Shown: positions 45,939 to 60,600 of the stretch, piece by piece
How positions within the stretch are numbered: position 1 is the stretch's first letter
How the letters are laid out: every line of letters begins with the position of its first letter
Assembly: GCA_027923505.1 (NCBI GenBank)
Contig: BROI01000006.1
Location: forward strand, 868,001 to 932,000
DNA: 64,000 bases
Source: Mayamaea pseudoterrestris
Lineage: Eukaryota
Direction: 5' to 3'
The notes under the pieces: model-generated
Told to the model about the DNA's origin: nothing
Seen by the model: the letters and a program-made list of their open reading frames with translations, nothing else
The model's database searches: none
Translations under genes and position numbers: made by a program

Positions 45939-46381
45939 GAGCGCCGTTTGAGGGCGTCGTTGGGTCAAACTCTTCATAGTTATTACAGCGCGAAAAAGAC
46001 GGACAAAATACTCTGCTGGTGGCAGAACCTCAATCAATGTCGTGAAGCAGGTCCAGTTATATCTATCTACCACAATATAGCTGCTATCACCGACTTTTAC
46101 CGAATTGTTTCAACAGTTTTAAATCATCACTCATTTGTAAATACAACTAAACCACTGCAATCGTCTAGTTTATAGCTGTAACTATGGAACTTCGGCTTTC
46201 GTCGTATCGTGTGAAACCTCTTGGATAGCGTTCCATAGCTGAGCGCGCTGACGTACGCGCGTAAAAAGTGAGTGGGCCGAGATTGCAACCGCGCAACCCA
46301 TCACACAATCGGATCTCTTTTCTTCGCCTTGCCCATTGTCATCAATACCACAACCTACAATCACTTGTACAAGCTACTAAA

Positions 46382-47302
46382 ATGAAGCTGAACATTCTGA
46401 CTACCACTCTGGCTTGCCTTTCGGCGTTTTCCGCGGCGTTTACCGTTTCCGTTCGACCCGGAGCTTCCTCGCGTATACTGCAACCTTTCGATCATCAATC
46501 TTCTTCTATAATAAGTCCACCACGACGCCATGCATTTCAACAATCACCGAGCCGACTCTTTATGGGATGGGGCCCTGATCCAATTTGGTCGGACGCCAAA
46601 GTCACGTCTAATTCGAATGCTTGCGAATCCGGCGCTTCCGTCATGCTGACCGTCAACGTGAATCCAGAAACGGCCGCTTCTTACGCGGTGCCTGGACAGT
46701 ACGTTCAGGTTCGCGCTGGAGATGACGACGAGAAGCCGCTATTTTTGGCTGTTGCGTCACCGCCGAGTCCAGAAAATGCGCAATTCTCCTTCTTGATCAA
46801 AAAGGCGGAAGCCAACGAGTGGTTGACCTCAATCTCGGCGAATACAGCCATTCAAGTCTCGCAAATTCTTGGAAATGGATATGCCATTGACGAACACATT
46901 GAAGGCTTCAAGTACGATTTCCCGGCGCAAAACATTTTACTTTTTGCCGCTGGGTCTGGTATTGCTCCAATCAAGGCTGCCATGGAGAGTGGATCGTTGA
47001 ACAAGGATGGTCGCACCTGCCGGCTATACTATGGCGAACGGACCGCAAAGGACCTGTGCTTTGTCGATCAGTTTAGCGCCTGGGAGCAAGCTGGATTCGA
47101 GGTTGTTCCAGTGCTTTCGCAACCCGATGACTCTTGGAAGGGACGGACTGGCTACGTACAGAATGCGCTCGAGGAGGACGGAATTCCTGTCCCACGCAAC
47201 TCGGGTGTCCTACTCTGTGGGATGAAGGGTATGACGCAAGCTGTTCAAGAATTGGTGGTACAAGCTGGAGTGTTTGAAGGGCGAGTACTATATAACTTCT
47301 AA
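46382..47302 (+). CDS. Plastid-targeted FAD/NAD(P)-binding oxidoreductase (FNR-like family)
   Basis: Signal peptide MKLNILTTTLACLSAFSAA-F (ASAF-type cleavage). Motifs PGQYVQV, LLFAAGSGIAPI, LYYGER, GRTGYVQ, LLCG, and C-terminal NF. Confidence 0.9.
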   Translation: MKLNILTTTLACLSAFSAAFTVSVRPGASSRILQPFDHQSSSIISPPRRHAFQQSPSRLFMGWGPDPIWSDAKVTSNSNACESGASVMLTVNVNPETAASYAVPGQYVQVRAGDDDEKPLFLAVASPPSPENAQFSFLIKKAEANEWLTSISANTAIQVSQILGNGYAIDEHIEGFKYDFPAQNILLFAAGSGIAPIKAAMESGSLNKDGRTCRLYYGERTAKDLCFVDQFSAWEQAGFEVVPVLSQPDDSWKGRTGYVQNALEEDGIPVPRNSGVLLCGMKGMTQAVQELVVQAGVFEGRVLYNF

Positions 47303-47414
47303 TTGTTATAGTACCAGTAATTTGTCCATATGTTTCACTACCTACAACCATGGCGTACCCCAGTTGTCGCCAAATGGATGCCAGTTGTACTACGGTAGTT
47401 GTACTGAATGAAAA

Positions 47415-47630
47415 GTGTCCACAGTAGCTGGCTGCCATGACCCAATATAACGGCCAGAGAGTTATAAATTAAAGCTGGCAGTTAACATGCAGTTTTTCAT
47501 GATGTAGAAAGTGGAATGCATTCATCACTACTCCATGTAGTCTCCAAGTTCTGCCAGTAGGACCGCCTGAATTTCGTGGCCACAGGTTTGTCCACAGTAG
47601 CTGGCTGCCACGACCCACTCCAACGGCCTC
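47415..47630. repeat. Satellite 4, left part (~173-bp unit, ~1.2 copies)
   Basis: GTCCACAGTAGCTGGCTGCCA at 47417 and 47590; same family as 63212-63895. Confidence 0.9.
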
Positions 47631-48630
47631 AAGCATAGCCAGAACATATTTCATGGATCAAGACTTATTGAAGGCCACACACTGAAGCTTAATGGAGCTG
47701 GTTACTATGTAAACGTCTGCCCTCCCAAACAATTGATGCTACACGTGAGCTGGGAATGATTGGTATGCTAAAATCTCACCGCATACATGTCCCCCAAGCA
47801 TAACCAAAACAATATACATGAAACAAGACTGTTGGGGGTAGTCTTTGAGGCCACACATTGAAGCACCATGAAGCTGGTTACTGTGCAAACATCTGCCCTC
47901 CCAAACAAGTGGTGCTACACATGAGCTCGGAATGATTGTTATGCACCAATCTCACAACATATGTGTCCTTAAGCATAGCCAAAACAATTTTCATGGAACA
48001 AGACCATGGGGGGTGGTCTTTGAAGGCCACACATGGTTGCAACATAGAGCTGGTTACTGTTTGGACGTTGTCATCCCAAACAACTGAAGCTTCACATGAG
48101 CTTTGTATGATTGTTATGCACCAATGTCACCGCATACATGTCGTCAAGCATAGCCAAAACCAAATTCATGGAGCACGTCTATTGGGGTAGTCATTGAAGG
48201 CCACACACTGTAGCAACATGGAGCTAATTACTGTGTGGACGTTGCCCTCCCAAACAACTGATGCTACACATGAGCTTTGTATAACTGTTATGCACCAATC
48301 TCACCGCATACATGTCATTAAGCATAGCCAAAACAGAATTCATGGAGCACGAATATTGGGGTAGTTTATGAAGGCCACACACTGTAGCAACATGGAGCTA
48401 ATTACTGTGTGGACGTTGCCCTCCCAAACAACTGATGCTACACGTGAGCTGGGAATGATTGTTGAGCACCAAACTCACTGCTTATTTGTTCCCAAGCATA
48501 GCCAGAACATAAGATATTGGAGCGATACTATTAGGGGTAGTCTATGAAGGCCAAAAACTGTAGCACCATGGAACTAGTTACTGTTACTGTAAAAATGTCT
48601 GCCCTCCCAAACAACTGAATCTACACGCAG
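47631..48630. repeat. Satellite 2: ~175-bp unit x ~5.7, diverged
   Basis: GAAGGCCACAC...CCCTCCCAAACAA recurs at about 47671, 47848, 48023, 48198, 48372 and 48547. Confidence 0.93.
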
Positions 48631-48651
48631 GTTACTGAGTGACACGCCAGG

Positions 48652-51600
48652 CCAAGTTGTCACCAATCACATTGCCATCCCCTGAGACACCAGCTAGGCA
48701 TACCATCTTGTAGCGCAGCCTGAACAATGATGTTGGCACCATTCTGGTGTAATTTGGGCACCTACAGGGCTTGCTGTAGGGGCGTTTGAATGTCACGGCA
48801 TCTGCGGGCTGAGACTGGTGACAAGTTGTCACCAAATACATTGCCATCCCCTGAGACACCAGCCAAGCCAAACATCTTGTGGCGCAGCTGGAATAATGAT
48901 GTTGGTACCATTCTGGTGTGATTTAAGCACCTGCAGGGCTTGCTGTAGGGGCGTTAGAATGTCATAGCATCTGCGGGCTGAGACTGGTGACAAGTTGTCA
49001 CCAATCACATTGCCATCCCCTGAGACACCAGCTAGGCATACCATCTTGTAGCGCAGCCTTAATAAAGATGTTGACACCATTCTTGTGTGATTTAAGCACC
49101 TACAGGGCTTGCTGTAGGGTTGTTTGAATGTCATGGCATCTACAGGCTGAGTTTGGTGACAAGTTGTCACCGGATACATTGCCATCCCCTGAGACACCAG
49201 CCAAGCCAACCATCTTGTAGCGCAGCCTGAATAATGATGTTGACACCATTCTTGTGTGATTTAAGCACTTACAGGGCTTGCTGTATGGTTGTTTGAATGT
49301 CATGGCATCGGCAGGCTGAGTTTGGTGACAAGTTGTCACCAAATACATTGCTATCCCCTGAGATACCAGCTAGGCATACCATCTTGTAGCGCAGCTGAAA
49401 TAATGATGTTGGCACCATTCTGGTGTAATTTGGGCACCTACAGGGCTTGCTGTAGGGGCGTTTGAATGTCACGGCATCTGCGGGCTGAGACTGGTGACAA
49501 GTTGTCACCAAATACATTGCCATCCCCTGAGACACCAGCTAGGCATACCATCTTGTAGCGCAGCTGGAATAATGATGTTGGCACCATTCTGGTGTAATTT
49601 GGGCACCTACAGGGCTTGCTGTAGGGGCGTTTGAATGTTACGGCATCTGCGGGCTGAGACTGGTGACAAGTTGTCACCAATCACAATTCCATCTCCTGAG
49701 ACACCAGCCAGGCATACCATCTTGTAGCGCAGCCGGAATAATGATGTTGGCACCATTCTGGTGTAATTTGGGCACCTACAGGGCTTGCTGTAGGGGCATT
49801 TCATTGTCACAGCATCTGCTGGCTGAGTTTGGTGACAAGTTGTCACCAAATACATTGCCATCCCCTGAGACACCAGCTAGGCATACCATCCTGTAGCGCA
49901 GCTGAAATAATGATGTTGGCACCATTCTGGTGTGATTTAAGCACCTACAGGGCTTGCTGTAGGGGCGTTTGAATGTCACGGCATCTGCGGGCTGAGACTG
50001 GTGACAAGTTGTCACCAAATACATTGCCATCCCCTGAGACACCAGCCAAGCCAACCATCTTGTAGCGCAGCTGGAAAAATGATGTTGGTCCCATTCTGGT
50101 GTAATTTGGGCACCTACACGGCTTGCTGTAGGTGCGTTTGAATGTCACGGCATCTGCGGGCTGAGACTGGTGACAAGTTGTCACCAATCACATTGCCATC
50201 CCCTGAGACACCAGCCAAGCCAACCAACTTGTAGCGCAGCTGGAATAATGTTGTTGGCACCATTCTGGTGTAATTTGGGCACCTACAGGGCTTGCTGTAG
50301 GGGCGTTTGAATGTCATGGCATCTGCGGGCTGAGACTGGTGACAAGTTGTCACCAAATACATTGCCATCCCCTGAGACACCAGCTAGGCATACCATCTTG
50401 TAGCGCAGCCGGAATAATGATGTTGGCACCATTCTGGTGTAATTTGGGCACCTACAGGGCTTGCTGTAGGGGCATTTCATTGTCACAGCATCTGCTGGCT
50501 GAGTTTGGTGACAAGTTGGCACCAAATACATTGCCAACCCCTGAGACACCAGCTAAGCATACCATCTTGTAGCGCAGCAGGAATAATGATGTTGGCACCA
50601 TTCCGGTGTGATTTAAGCACCTACAGGGCTTGCTGTAGGGTTGTTTGAATGTCATGGCATCTGCGGGCTGAGACTGGTGACTAGTTGTCACCAAATACAT
50701 TGCCATCCCCTGAGACACCAGCCAAGCCAACCATCTTGTAGCGCAGCTGGAAAAATGATGTTGGCACCATTCTGGTGTAATTTGGGCACCTACAGGGCTT
50801 GCTGTAGGGGCGTTTGAATGTCATGGCATCTGCGGGCTGAGACTGGTGACAAGTTGTCACCAATCACATTGCCATCCCCTGAGACACCAGCCAAGCCAAC
50901 CATCTTGTAGCGCAGCTGGAATAATGTTGTTGGCACCATTCTGGTGTAATTTGGGCACCTACAGGGCTTGCTGTAGGGGCGTTTGAATGTCATGGCATCT
51001 GCGGGCTGAGACTGGTGACAAGTTGTCACCAAATACATTGCCATCCCCTGAGACACCAGCTAGGCATACCATCTTGTAGCTCAGTCTGAATATTGACGAT
51101 GACACCATTCTTGTGTGATTTAAGCACCTGCAGGGCTTGCTGTAGGGGCGTTTGAATGTCATGGCATCTGTGGGCTGAGACTGGTGACAAGTTGTCACCA
51201 AATACATTGCCATCCCCTGAGACACCAGCCAAGCCATCCATCTTGTAGCGCAGCCTGAATAATGATGTTGGCACCATTCTGGTGTAATTTGGGCACCTAC
51301 AGGGCTTGCTGTAGGGGCGTTTGAATGTCACGGCATCTGCGGGCTGAGACTGGTGACAAGTTGTCACCAAATACATTGCCATCCCCTGAGACACCAGCCA
51401 GGCATACCATCTTGTAGCGCAGCCTGAATAATGATGTTGGCACCATTCTGGTGTAATTTGGGCACCTACAGGGCTTGCTGTAGGGGCGTTTGAATGTCAT
51501 GGCATCTGCGGGCTGAGACTGGTGACAAGTTGTCACCAAATACATTGCCATCCCCTGAGACACCAGCCAGGCATACCATCTTGTAGCGCAGCCTGAATAA

Positions 51601-54600
51601 TGATGTTGGCACCATTCTGGTGTGATTGGGCCAAAAAGGAGCCTGAACCACTGATTTAAGCACCTACAGGGCTTGCTGTAGGGGCGTTTGAATGTCACGG
51701 CATCTGCGGGCTGAGACTGGTGACAAGTTGTCACCAAATACATTGCCATCCCCTGAGACACCAGCCAAGCATACCATCTTGTAGCGCAGCCTGAATAATG
51801 ATGTTGGCACCATTCTTGTGTAATTTGGGCACCTACAGGGCTTGCTGTAGGGGCGTTTGAATGTCACGGCATCTGCGGGCTGAGACTGGTGACAAGTTGT
51901 CACCAATCACATTGCCATCCCCTGAGACACCAGCTAGGCATACCATCTTGTAGCGCAGCATGAATAATGATGTTGGCACCATTCTGGTGTAATTTGGGCA
52001 CCTACAGGGCTTGCTGTAGGGGCGTTTGAATGTCACGGCATCTGCGGGCTGAGACTGGTGACAAGTTGTCACCAAATACATTGCCATCCCCGGAGACACC
52101 AGCCAAGCATACCATCTTGTAGCGCAGCCGGAATAATGATGTTGGCACCATTCTGGTGTAATTTGGGCACCTACAGGGCTTGCTGTAGGGGCGTTTGAAT
52201 GTCACGGCATCTGCAGGCTGAGACTGGTGACAAGTTGTCACCAAATACATTGCCATCCCCGGAGACACCAGCTAGGCATACCATCTTGTAGCGCAGCTGG
52301 AATAATGATGTTGGCACCATTCTGGTGTAATTTGGGCACCTACAGGGCTTGCTGTAGGGGCGTTTGAATGTCACGGCATCTGCGGGCTGAGACTGGTGAC
52401 AAGTTGTCACCAAATACATTGCCATCCCCTGAGACACCAGCTAGGCATACCATCTTGTAGCGCAGCCGGAATAATGATGTTGGCACCATTCTGGTGTAAT
52501 TTGGGCACCTACAGGGCTTGCTGTAGGGGCGTTTGAATGTCATGGCATCTGCGGGCTGAGACTGGTGACAAGTTGTCACCAAATACATTGCCATCCCCTG
52601 AGACACCAGCCAAGCATACCATCTTGTAGCGCAGCCTGAATAATGATGTTGGCACCATTCTGGTGTAATTTGGGCACCTACAGGGCTTGCTGTAGGGGCG
52701 TTTGAATGTCACGGCATCTGCGGGCTGAGACTGGTGACAAGTTGTCACCAATCACATTGCCATCCCCTGAGACACCAGCTAGGCATACCATCTTGTAGCG
52801 CAGCCTGAATAATGATGTTGGCACCATTCTGGTGTAATTTGGGCACCTACAGGGCTTGCTGTAGGGGCGTTTGAATGTCATGGCATCTGCGGGCTGAGAC
52901 TGGTGACAAGTTGTCACCAAATACATTGCCATCCCCTGAGACACCAGCCAAGCCATCCATCTTGTAGCGCAGCCTGAATAATGATGTTGGCACCATTCTG
53001 GTGTAATTTGGGCACCTACAGGGCTTGCTGTAGGGGCGTTTGAATGTCACGGCATCTGCGGGCTGAGACTGGTGACAAGTTGTCACCAAATACATTGCCA
53101 TCCCCTGAGACACCAGCCAAGCATACCATCTTGTAGCGCAGCCTGAATAATGATGTTGGCACCATTCTGGTGTAATTTGGGCACCTACAGGGCTTGCTGT
53201 AGGGGCGTTTGAATGTCATGGCATCTGCGGGCTGAGACTGGTGACAAGTTGTCACCAAACACATTGCCATCCCCTGAGACACCAGCTAGGCATACCATCT
53301 TGTAGCGCAGCCTGAATAATGATGTTGGCACCATTCTGGTGTAATTTGGGCACCTACAGGGCTTGCTGTAGGGGCGTTTGAATGTCACGGCATCTGCGGG
53401 CTGAGACTGGTGACAAGTTGTCACCAAATACATTGCCATCCCCGGAGACACCAGCCAAGCCTACCATCTTGTAGCGCAGCCTGAATAATGATGTTGGCAC
53501 CATTCTTGTGTAATTGGGGCACCTACAGGGCTTGCTGTAGGGGCGTTTGAATGTCACTGCATCTGCGGGCTGAGACTGGTGACAAGTTGTCACCAATCAC
53601 ATTGCCATCCCCTGAGACACCAGCCAAGCCAACCATCTTGTAGCGCAGCTGGAATAATGATGTTGGCACCATTCTGGTGTAATTTGGGCACCTACAGGGC
53701 TTGCTGTAGGGGCGTTTGAATGTCACGGCATCTGCGGGCTGAGACTGGTGACAAGTTGTCACCAAATACATTGCCATCCCCGGAGACACCAGCCAAGCCT
53801 ACCATCTTGTAGCGCAGCCTGAATAATGATGTTGGCACCATTCTGGTGTAATTTGGGCACCTACAGGGCTTGCTGTAGGGGCGTTTGAATGTCACGGCAT
53901 CTGCGGGCTGAGACTGGTGACAAGTTGTCACCAATCACATTGCCATCCCCTGAGACACCAGCTAGGCATACCATCTTGTAGCGCAGCTGGAATAATGATG
54001 TTGGCACCATTCTGGTGTAATTTGGGCACCTACAGGGCTTGCTGTAGGGGCGTTTGAATGTCACGGCATCTGCGGGCTGAGACTGGTGACAAGTTGTCAC
54101 CAATCACATTGCCATCCCCTGAGACACCAGCCAAGCCTACCATCTTGTAGCGCAGCCGGAATAATGATGTTGGCACCATTCTGGTGTAATTTGGGCACCT
54201 ACAGGGCTTGCTGTAGGGGCGTTTGAATGTCACGGCATCTGCGGGCTGAGACTGGTGACAAGTTGTCACCAAATACATTGCCATCCCCTGAGACACCAGC
54301 CAAGCATACCATCTTGTAGCGCAGCCTGAATAATGATGTTGGCACCATTCTGGTGTAATTTGGGCACCTACAGGGCTTGCTGTAGGGGCGTTTGAATGTC
54401 ACGGCATCTGCGGGCTGAGACTGGTGACAAGTTGTCACCAATCACATTGCCATCCCCTGAGACACCAGCCAAGCATACCATTTTGTAGCGCAGCTGGAAT
54501 AATGATGTTGGCACCATTCTGGTGTAATTTGGGCACCTACAGGGCTTGCTGTAGGGGCGTTTGAATGTCATGGCATCTGCGGGCTGAGACTGGTGACAAG

Positions 54601-57600
54601 TTGTCACCAATCACATTGCCATCCCCTGAGACACCAGCCAAGCATACCATCTTGTAGCGCAGCCTGAATAATGATGTTGGCACCATTCTGGTGTAATTTG
54701 GGCACCTACAGATCTTCCTGTAGGGGCGTTTGAATGTCACGGCATCTGCGGACTGAGACTGGTGACAAGTTGTCACCAATCACATTGCCATCACCTGAGA
54801 CACCAGCCAAGCATACCATCTTGAAGCGCAGCCTGAATAATGATGTTGGCACCATTCTGGTGTAATTTGGGCACCTACAGGGCTTGCTGTAGGGGCGTTT
54901 GAATGTCATGGCATCTGCGGGCTGAGACTGGTGACAAGTTGTCACCAAATACATTGCCATCCCCTGAGACACCAGCCAGGCCTACCATCTTGTAGCGCAG
55001 CCTGAATAATGATGTTGGCACCATTCTGGTGTAATTTGGGCACCTACAGGGCTTGCTGTAGGGGCGTTTGAATGTCACGGCATCTGCGGGCTGAGACTGG
55101 TGACAAGTTGTCACCAAATACATTGCCATCCCCGGAGACACCAGCCAAGCCTACCATCTTGTAGCGCAGCCTGAATAATGATGTTGGTACCATTCTTGTG
55201 TAATTAGGGCACCTACAGGGCTTGCTGTAAGGGCGTTTGAATGTCATGGCATCTGCGGGCTGAGACTGGTGACAAGTTGTCACCAATCACATTGCCATTC
55301 CCTGAGACACCAGCCAAGCCTACCATCTTGAAGCGCAGCCTGAATAATGATGTTGGCACCATTCTGGTGTAATTTGGGCACCTACAGGGCTTGCTGTAGG
55401 GGTGTTTGAATGTCATGGCATCTGCTGGCTGAGACTGGTGACAAGTTGTCACCAAATACATTGCCATCCCCGGAGACACCAGCCAAGCATACCATCTTGT
55501 AGCGCAGCTGGAATAATGATGTTGGCACCATTCTGGTGTAATTTGGGCACCTACAGGGCTTGCTGTAGGGGCGTTTGAATGTCATGGCATCTGCGGGCTG
55601 AGACTGGTGACAAGTTGTCACCAAATACATTGCCATCCCCGGAGACACCAGCCAAGCCTACCATCTTGTAGCGCAGCCTGAATAATGATGTTGGCACCAT
55701 TCTGGTGTAATTTGGGCACCTACATGGCTTGTTGTAGGGGCGCTTGAATGTCACGGCATCTGTGCGGCTGAGACTGGTGACAAGTTGTCACCAAATACAT
55801 TGCCATCCCCTGAGACACCAGCCAAGCCTACCATCTTGTAGCGCAGCTGGAATAATGATGTTGGCACCATTCTGGTGTAATTTGGGCACCTACAGGGCTT
55901 GCTGTAGGGGCGTTTGAATGTCACGGCATCTGTGGGCTGAGACTGGTGACAAGTTGTCACCAAATACATTGCCATCCCCGGAGACACCAGCTAGGCATAC
56001 CATCTTGTAGCGCAGCCTGAAAAATGATGTTGGCACCATTCTGGTGTAATTTGGGCACCTACAGGGCTTGCTGTAGGGGCGTTTGAATGTCACGGCATCT
56101 GCGGGCTGAGACTGGTGACAAGTTGTCACCAAATACATTGCCATCCCCGGAGACACCAGCCAAGCATACCATCTTGTAGCGCAGCCTGAATAATGATGTT
56201 GGCACCATTCTGGTGTAATTTGGGCACCTACAGGGCTTGCTGTAGGGGCGTTTGAATGTCACGGCATCTGCGGGCTGAGACTGGTGACAACCAAGCATAC
56301 CATCTTGTAGCGCAGCCTGAATAATGATGTTGGCACCATTCTGGTGTAATTTGGGCACCTACAGGGCTTGCTGTAGGGGCGTTTGAATGTCACGGCATCT
56401 GCGGGCTGAGACTGGTGACAAGTTGTCACCAATCACATTGCCATCCCCTGAGACACCAGCCAAGCATACCATTTTGTAGCGCAGCTGGAATAATGATGTT
56501 GGCACCATTCTGGTGTAATTTGGGCACCTACAGGGCTTGCTGTAGGGGCGTTTGAATGTCATGGCATCTGCGGGCTGAGACTGGTGACAAGTTGTCACCA
56601 ATCACATTGCCATCCCCTGAGACACCAGCCAAGCATACCATCTTGTAGCGCAGCCTGAATAATGATGTTGGCACCATTCTGGTGTAATTTGGGCACCTAC
56701 AGATCTTCCTGTAGGGGCGTTTGAATGTCACGGCATCTGCGGACTGAGACTGGTGACAAGTTGTCACCAATCACATTGCCATCACCTGAGACACCAGCCA
56801 AGCATACCATCTTGAAGCGCAGCCTGAATAATGATGTTGGCACCATTCTGGTGTAATTTGGGCACCTACAGGGCTTGCTGTAGGGGCGTTTGAATGTCAT
56901 GGCATCTGCGGGCTGAGACTGGTGACAAGTTGTCACCAAATACATTGCCATCCCCTGAGACACCAGCCAGGCCTACCATCTTGTAGCGCAGCCTGAATAA
57001 TGATGTTGGCACCATTCTGGTGTAATTTGGGCACCTACAGGGCTTGCTGTAGGGGCGTTTGAATGTCACGGCATCTGCGGGCTGAGACTGGTGACAAGTT
57101 GTCACCAAATACATTGCCATCCCCGGAGACACCAGCCAAGCCTACCATCTTGTAGCGCAGCCTGAATAATGATGTTGGTACCATTCTTGTGTAATTAGGG
57201 CACCTACAGGGCTTGCTGTAAGGGCGTTTGAATGTCATGGCATCTGCGGGCTGAGACTGGTGACAAGTTGTCACCAATCACATTGCCATTCCCTGAGACA
57301 CCAGCCAAGCCTACCATCTTGAAGCGCAGCCTGAATAATGATGTTGGCACCATTCTGGTGTAATTTGGGCACCTACAGGGCTTGCTGTAGGGGTGTTTGA
57401 ATGTCATGGCATCTGCTGGCTGAGACTGGTGACAAGTTGTCACCAAATACATTGCCATCCCCGGAGACACCAGCCAAGCATACCATCTTGTAGCGCAGCT
57501 GGAATAATGATGTTGGCACCATTCTGGTGTAATTTGGGCACCTACAGGGCTTGCTGTAGGGGCGTTTGAATGTCATGGCATCTGCGGGCTGAGACTGGTG

Positions 57601-60600
57601 ACAAGTTGTCACCAAATACATTGCCATCCCCGGAGACACCAGCCAAGCCTACCATCTTGTAGCGCAGCCTGAATAATGATGTTGGCACCATTCTGGTGTA
57701 ATTTGGGCACCTACATGGCTTGTTGTAGGGGCGCTTGAATGTCACGGCATCTGTGCGGCTGAGACTGGTGACAAGTTGTCACCAAATACATTGCCATCCC
57801 CTGAGACACCAGCCAAGCCTACCATCTTGTAGCGCAGCTGGAATAATGATGTTGGCACCATTCTGGTGTAATTTGGGCACCTACAGGGCTTGCTGTAGGG
57901 GCGTTTGAATGTCACGGCATCTGTGGGCTGAGACTGGTGACAAGTTGTCACCAAATACATTGCCATCCCCGGAGACACCAGCTAGGCATACCATCTTGTA
58001 GCGCAGCCTGAAAAATGATGTTGGCACCATTCTGGTGTAATTTGGGCACCTACAGGGCTTGCTGTAGGGGCGTTTGAATGTCACGGCATCTGCGGGCTGA
58101 GACTGGTGACAAGTTGTCACCAAATACATTGCCATCCCCGGAGACACCAGCCAAGCATACCATCTTGTAGCGCAGCCTGAATAATGATGTTGGCACCATT
58201 CTGGTGTAATTTGGGCACCTACAGGGCTTGCTGTAGGGGCGTTTGAATGTCACGGCATCTGCGGGCTGAGACTGGTGACAAGTTGTCACCAAATACATTG
58301 CCATCCCCGGAGACACCAGCCAAGCATACCATCTTGTAGCGCAGCCGGAATAATGATGTTGGCACCATTCTGGTGTAATTTGGGCACCTACAGGGCTTGC
58401 TGTAGGGGCGTTTGAATGTCACGGCATCTGCGGGCTGAGACTGGTGACAAGTTGTCACCAATCACATTGCCATCCCTGGAGACACTAGCTAGGCATACCA
58501 CCTTGTAGCGCAGCTAGAATAATGATGTTAACACCATTCTGGTGTAATTTGGGCACCTACAGGGCTTGCTGTAGGGGCGTTTGAATGTCATGGCATCTGC
58601 GGGCTGAGACTGGTGACAAGTTGTCACCAAATACATTGCCATCCCCTGAGACACCAGCTAGGCATACCATCTTGTAGCGCAGCCTGAATAATGATGTTGG
58701 CACCATTCTGGTGTAATTTGGGCACCTACAGGGCTTGCTGTAGGGGCGTTTGAATGTCACGGCATCTGCGGGCTGAGACTGGTGACAAGTTGTCACCAAA
58801 TACATTGCCATCCCCGGAGACACCAGCCAAGCCTACCATCTTGTAGCGCAGCCTGAATAATGATGTTGGCACCATTCTGGTGTAATTTGGGCACCTACAG
58901 GGCTTGCTGTAGGGGCGTTTGAATGTCACGGCATCTGCGGGCTGAGACTGGTGACAAGTTGTCACCAAATACATTGCCATCCCCTGAGACACCAGCCAAG
59001 CATACCATCTTGTAGCGCAGCCTGAATAATGATGTTGGCACCATTCTGGTGTAATTTGGGCACCTACAGGGCTTGCTGTAGGGGCGTTTGAATGTCACGG
59101 CATCTGCGGGCTGAGACTGGTGACAAGTTGTCACCAAATACATTGCCATCCCCTGAGACACCAGCCAAGCCTACCATCTTGTAGCGCAGCTGGAATAATG
59201 ATGTTGGCACCATTCTGGTGTAATTTGGGCACCTACAGGGCTTGCTGTAGGGGCGTTTGAATGTCACGGCATCTGCGGGCTGAGACTGGTGACAAGTTGT
59301 CACCAAACACATTGCCATCCCCTGAGACACCAGCCAAGCCTACCATCTTGTAGCGCAGCCTGAATAATGATGTTGGCACCATTCTGGTGTAATTTGGGCA
59401 CCTACAGGGCTTGCTGTAGGGGCGTTTGAATGTCATGGCATCTGCGGGCTGAGACTGGTGACAAGTTGTCACCAAATACATTGCCATCCCCTGAGACACC
59501 AGCTAGGCATACCATCTTGTAGCGCAGCTGGAATAATGATGTTGGCACCATTCTGGTGTAATCTGGGCATCTACAGGGCTTGCTGTAGGGGCGTTTGAAT
59601 GTCATGGCATCTGCGGGTTGAGACTGGTGACAAGTTGTCACCAAATACATTGCCATCCCCTGAGACACCAGCTAGGCATACCATCTTGTAGCGCAGCTGG
59701 AATAATGTTGTTGGCACCATTCTGGTGTAATTTGGGCACCTACAAGGCTTGCTGTAGGGGCGTTTGAATGTCACGGCATCTGCGGGCTGAGACTGGTGAC
59801 AAGTTGTCACCAAATACATTGCCATCCCCGGAGACACCAGCCAAGCATACCATCTTGTAGCGCAGCCTGAATAATGATGTTGGCACCATTCTGGTGTAAT
59901 TTGGGCACCTACAGGGCTTGCTGTAGGGGCGTTTGAATGTCATGGCATCTGCGGGCTGAGACTGGTGACAAGTTGTCACCAAATACATTGCCATCCCCGG
60001 AGACACCAACCAAGTCAACCATCTTGTAGCGCAGCAGGAATAATGATGTTGGCACCATTCTGGTGTAATTTGGGCACCTACAGGGCTTGCTGTAGGGGCG
60101 TTAGAATGTCACGGCATCTGCGGGCTGAGACTGGTGACAAGTTGTCACCAATTCCTGAGACACCAGCTAGCGCAGTTGTCACCAAATACATTGCCATCCC
60201 TGGAGACACCAGCTAGGCATACTATTTTGTAGCGCAGCTGGAATAATGATGTTGGCACCATTCTGGTGTAATTTGGGCACCTACAGGGCTTGCTGTAGGG
60301 GCGTTTGAATGTCATGGCATTTGCGGGCTGAGACTGGTGACAAGTTGTCACCAAATACATTGCCATCCCTGGAGACACCAGCCAAGCCTACCATCTTGTA
60401 GCGCAGCTGGAATAATGATGTTGGCACCATTCTGGTGTAATTTGGGCACCTACAGGGCTTGCTGTAGGGGCGTTTGAATGTCACGGCATCTGCGGGCTGA
60501 GACTGGTGACAAGTTGTCACCAAATACATTGCCATCCCCTGAGACACCAGCTAGGCATACCATCTTGTAGCGCAGCCTGAATAATGATGTTGGCACCATT

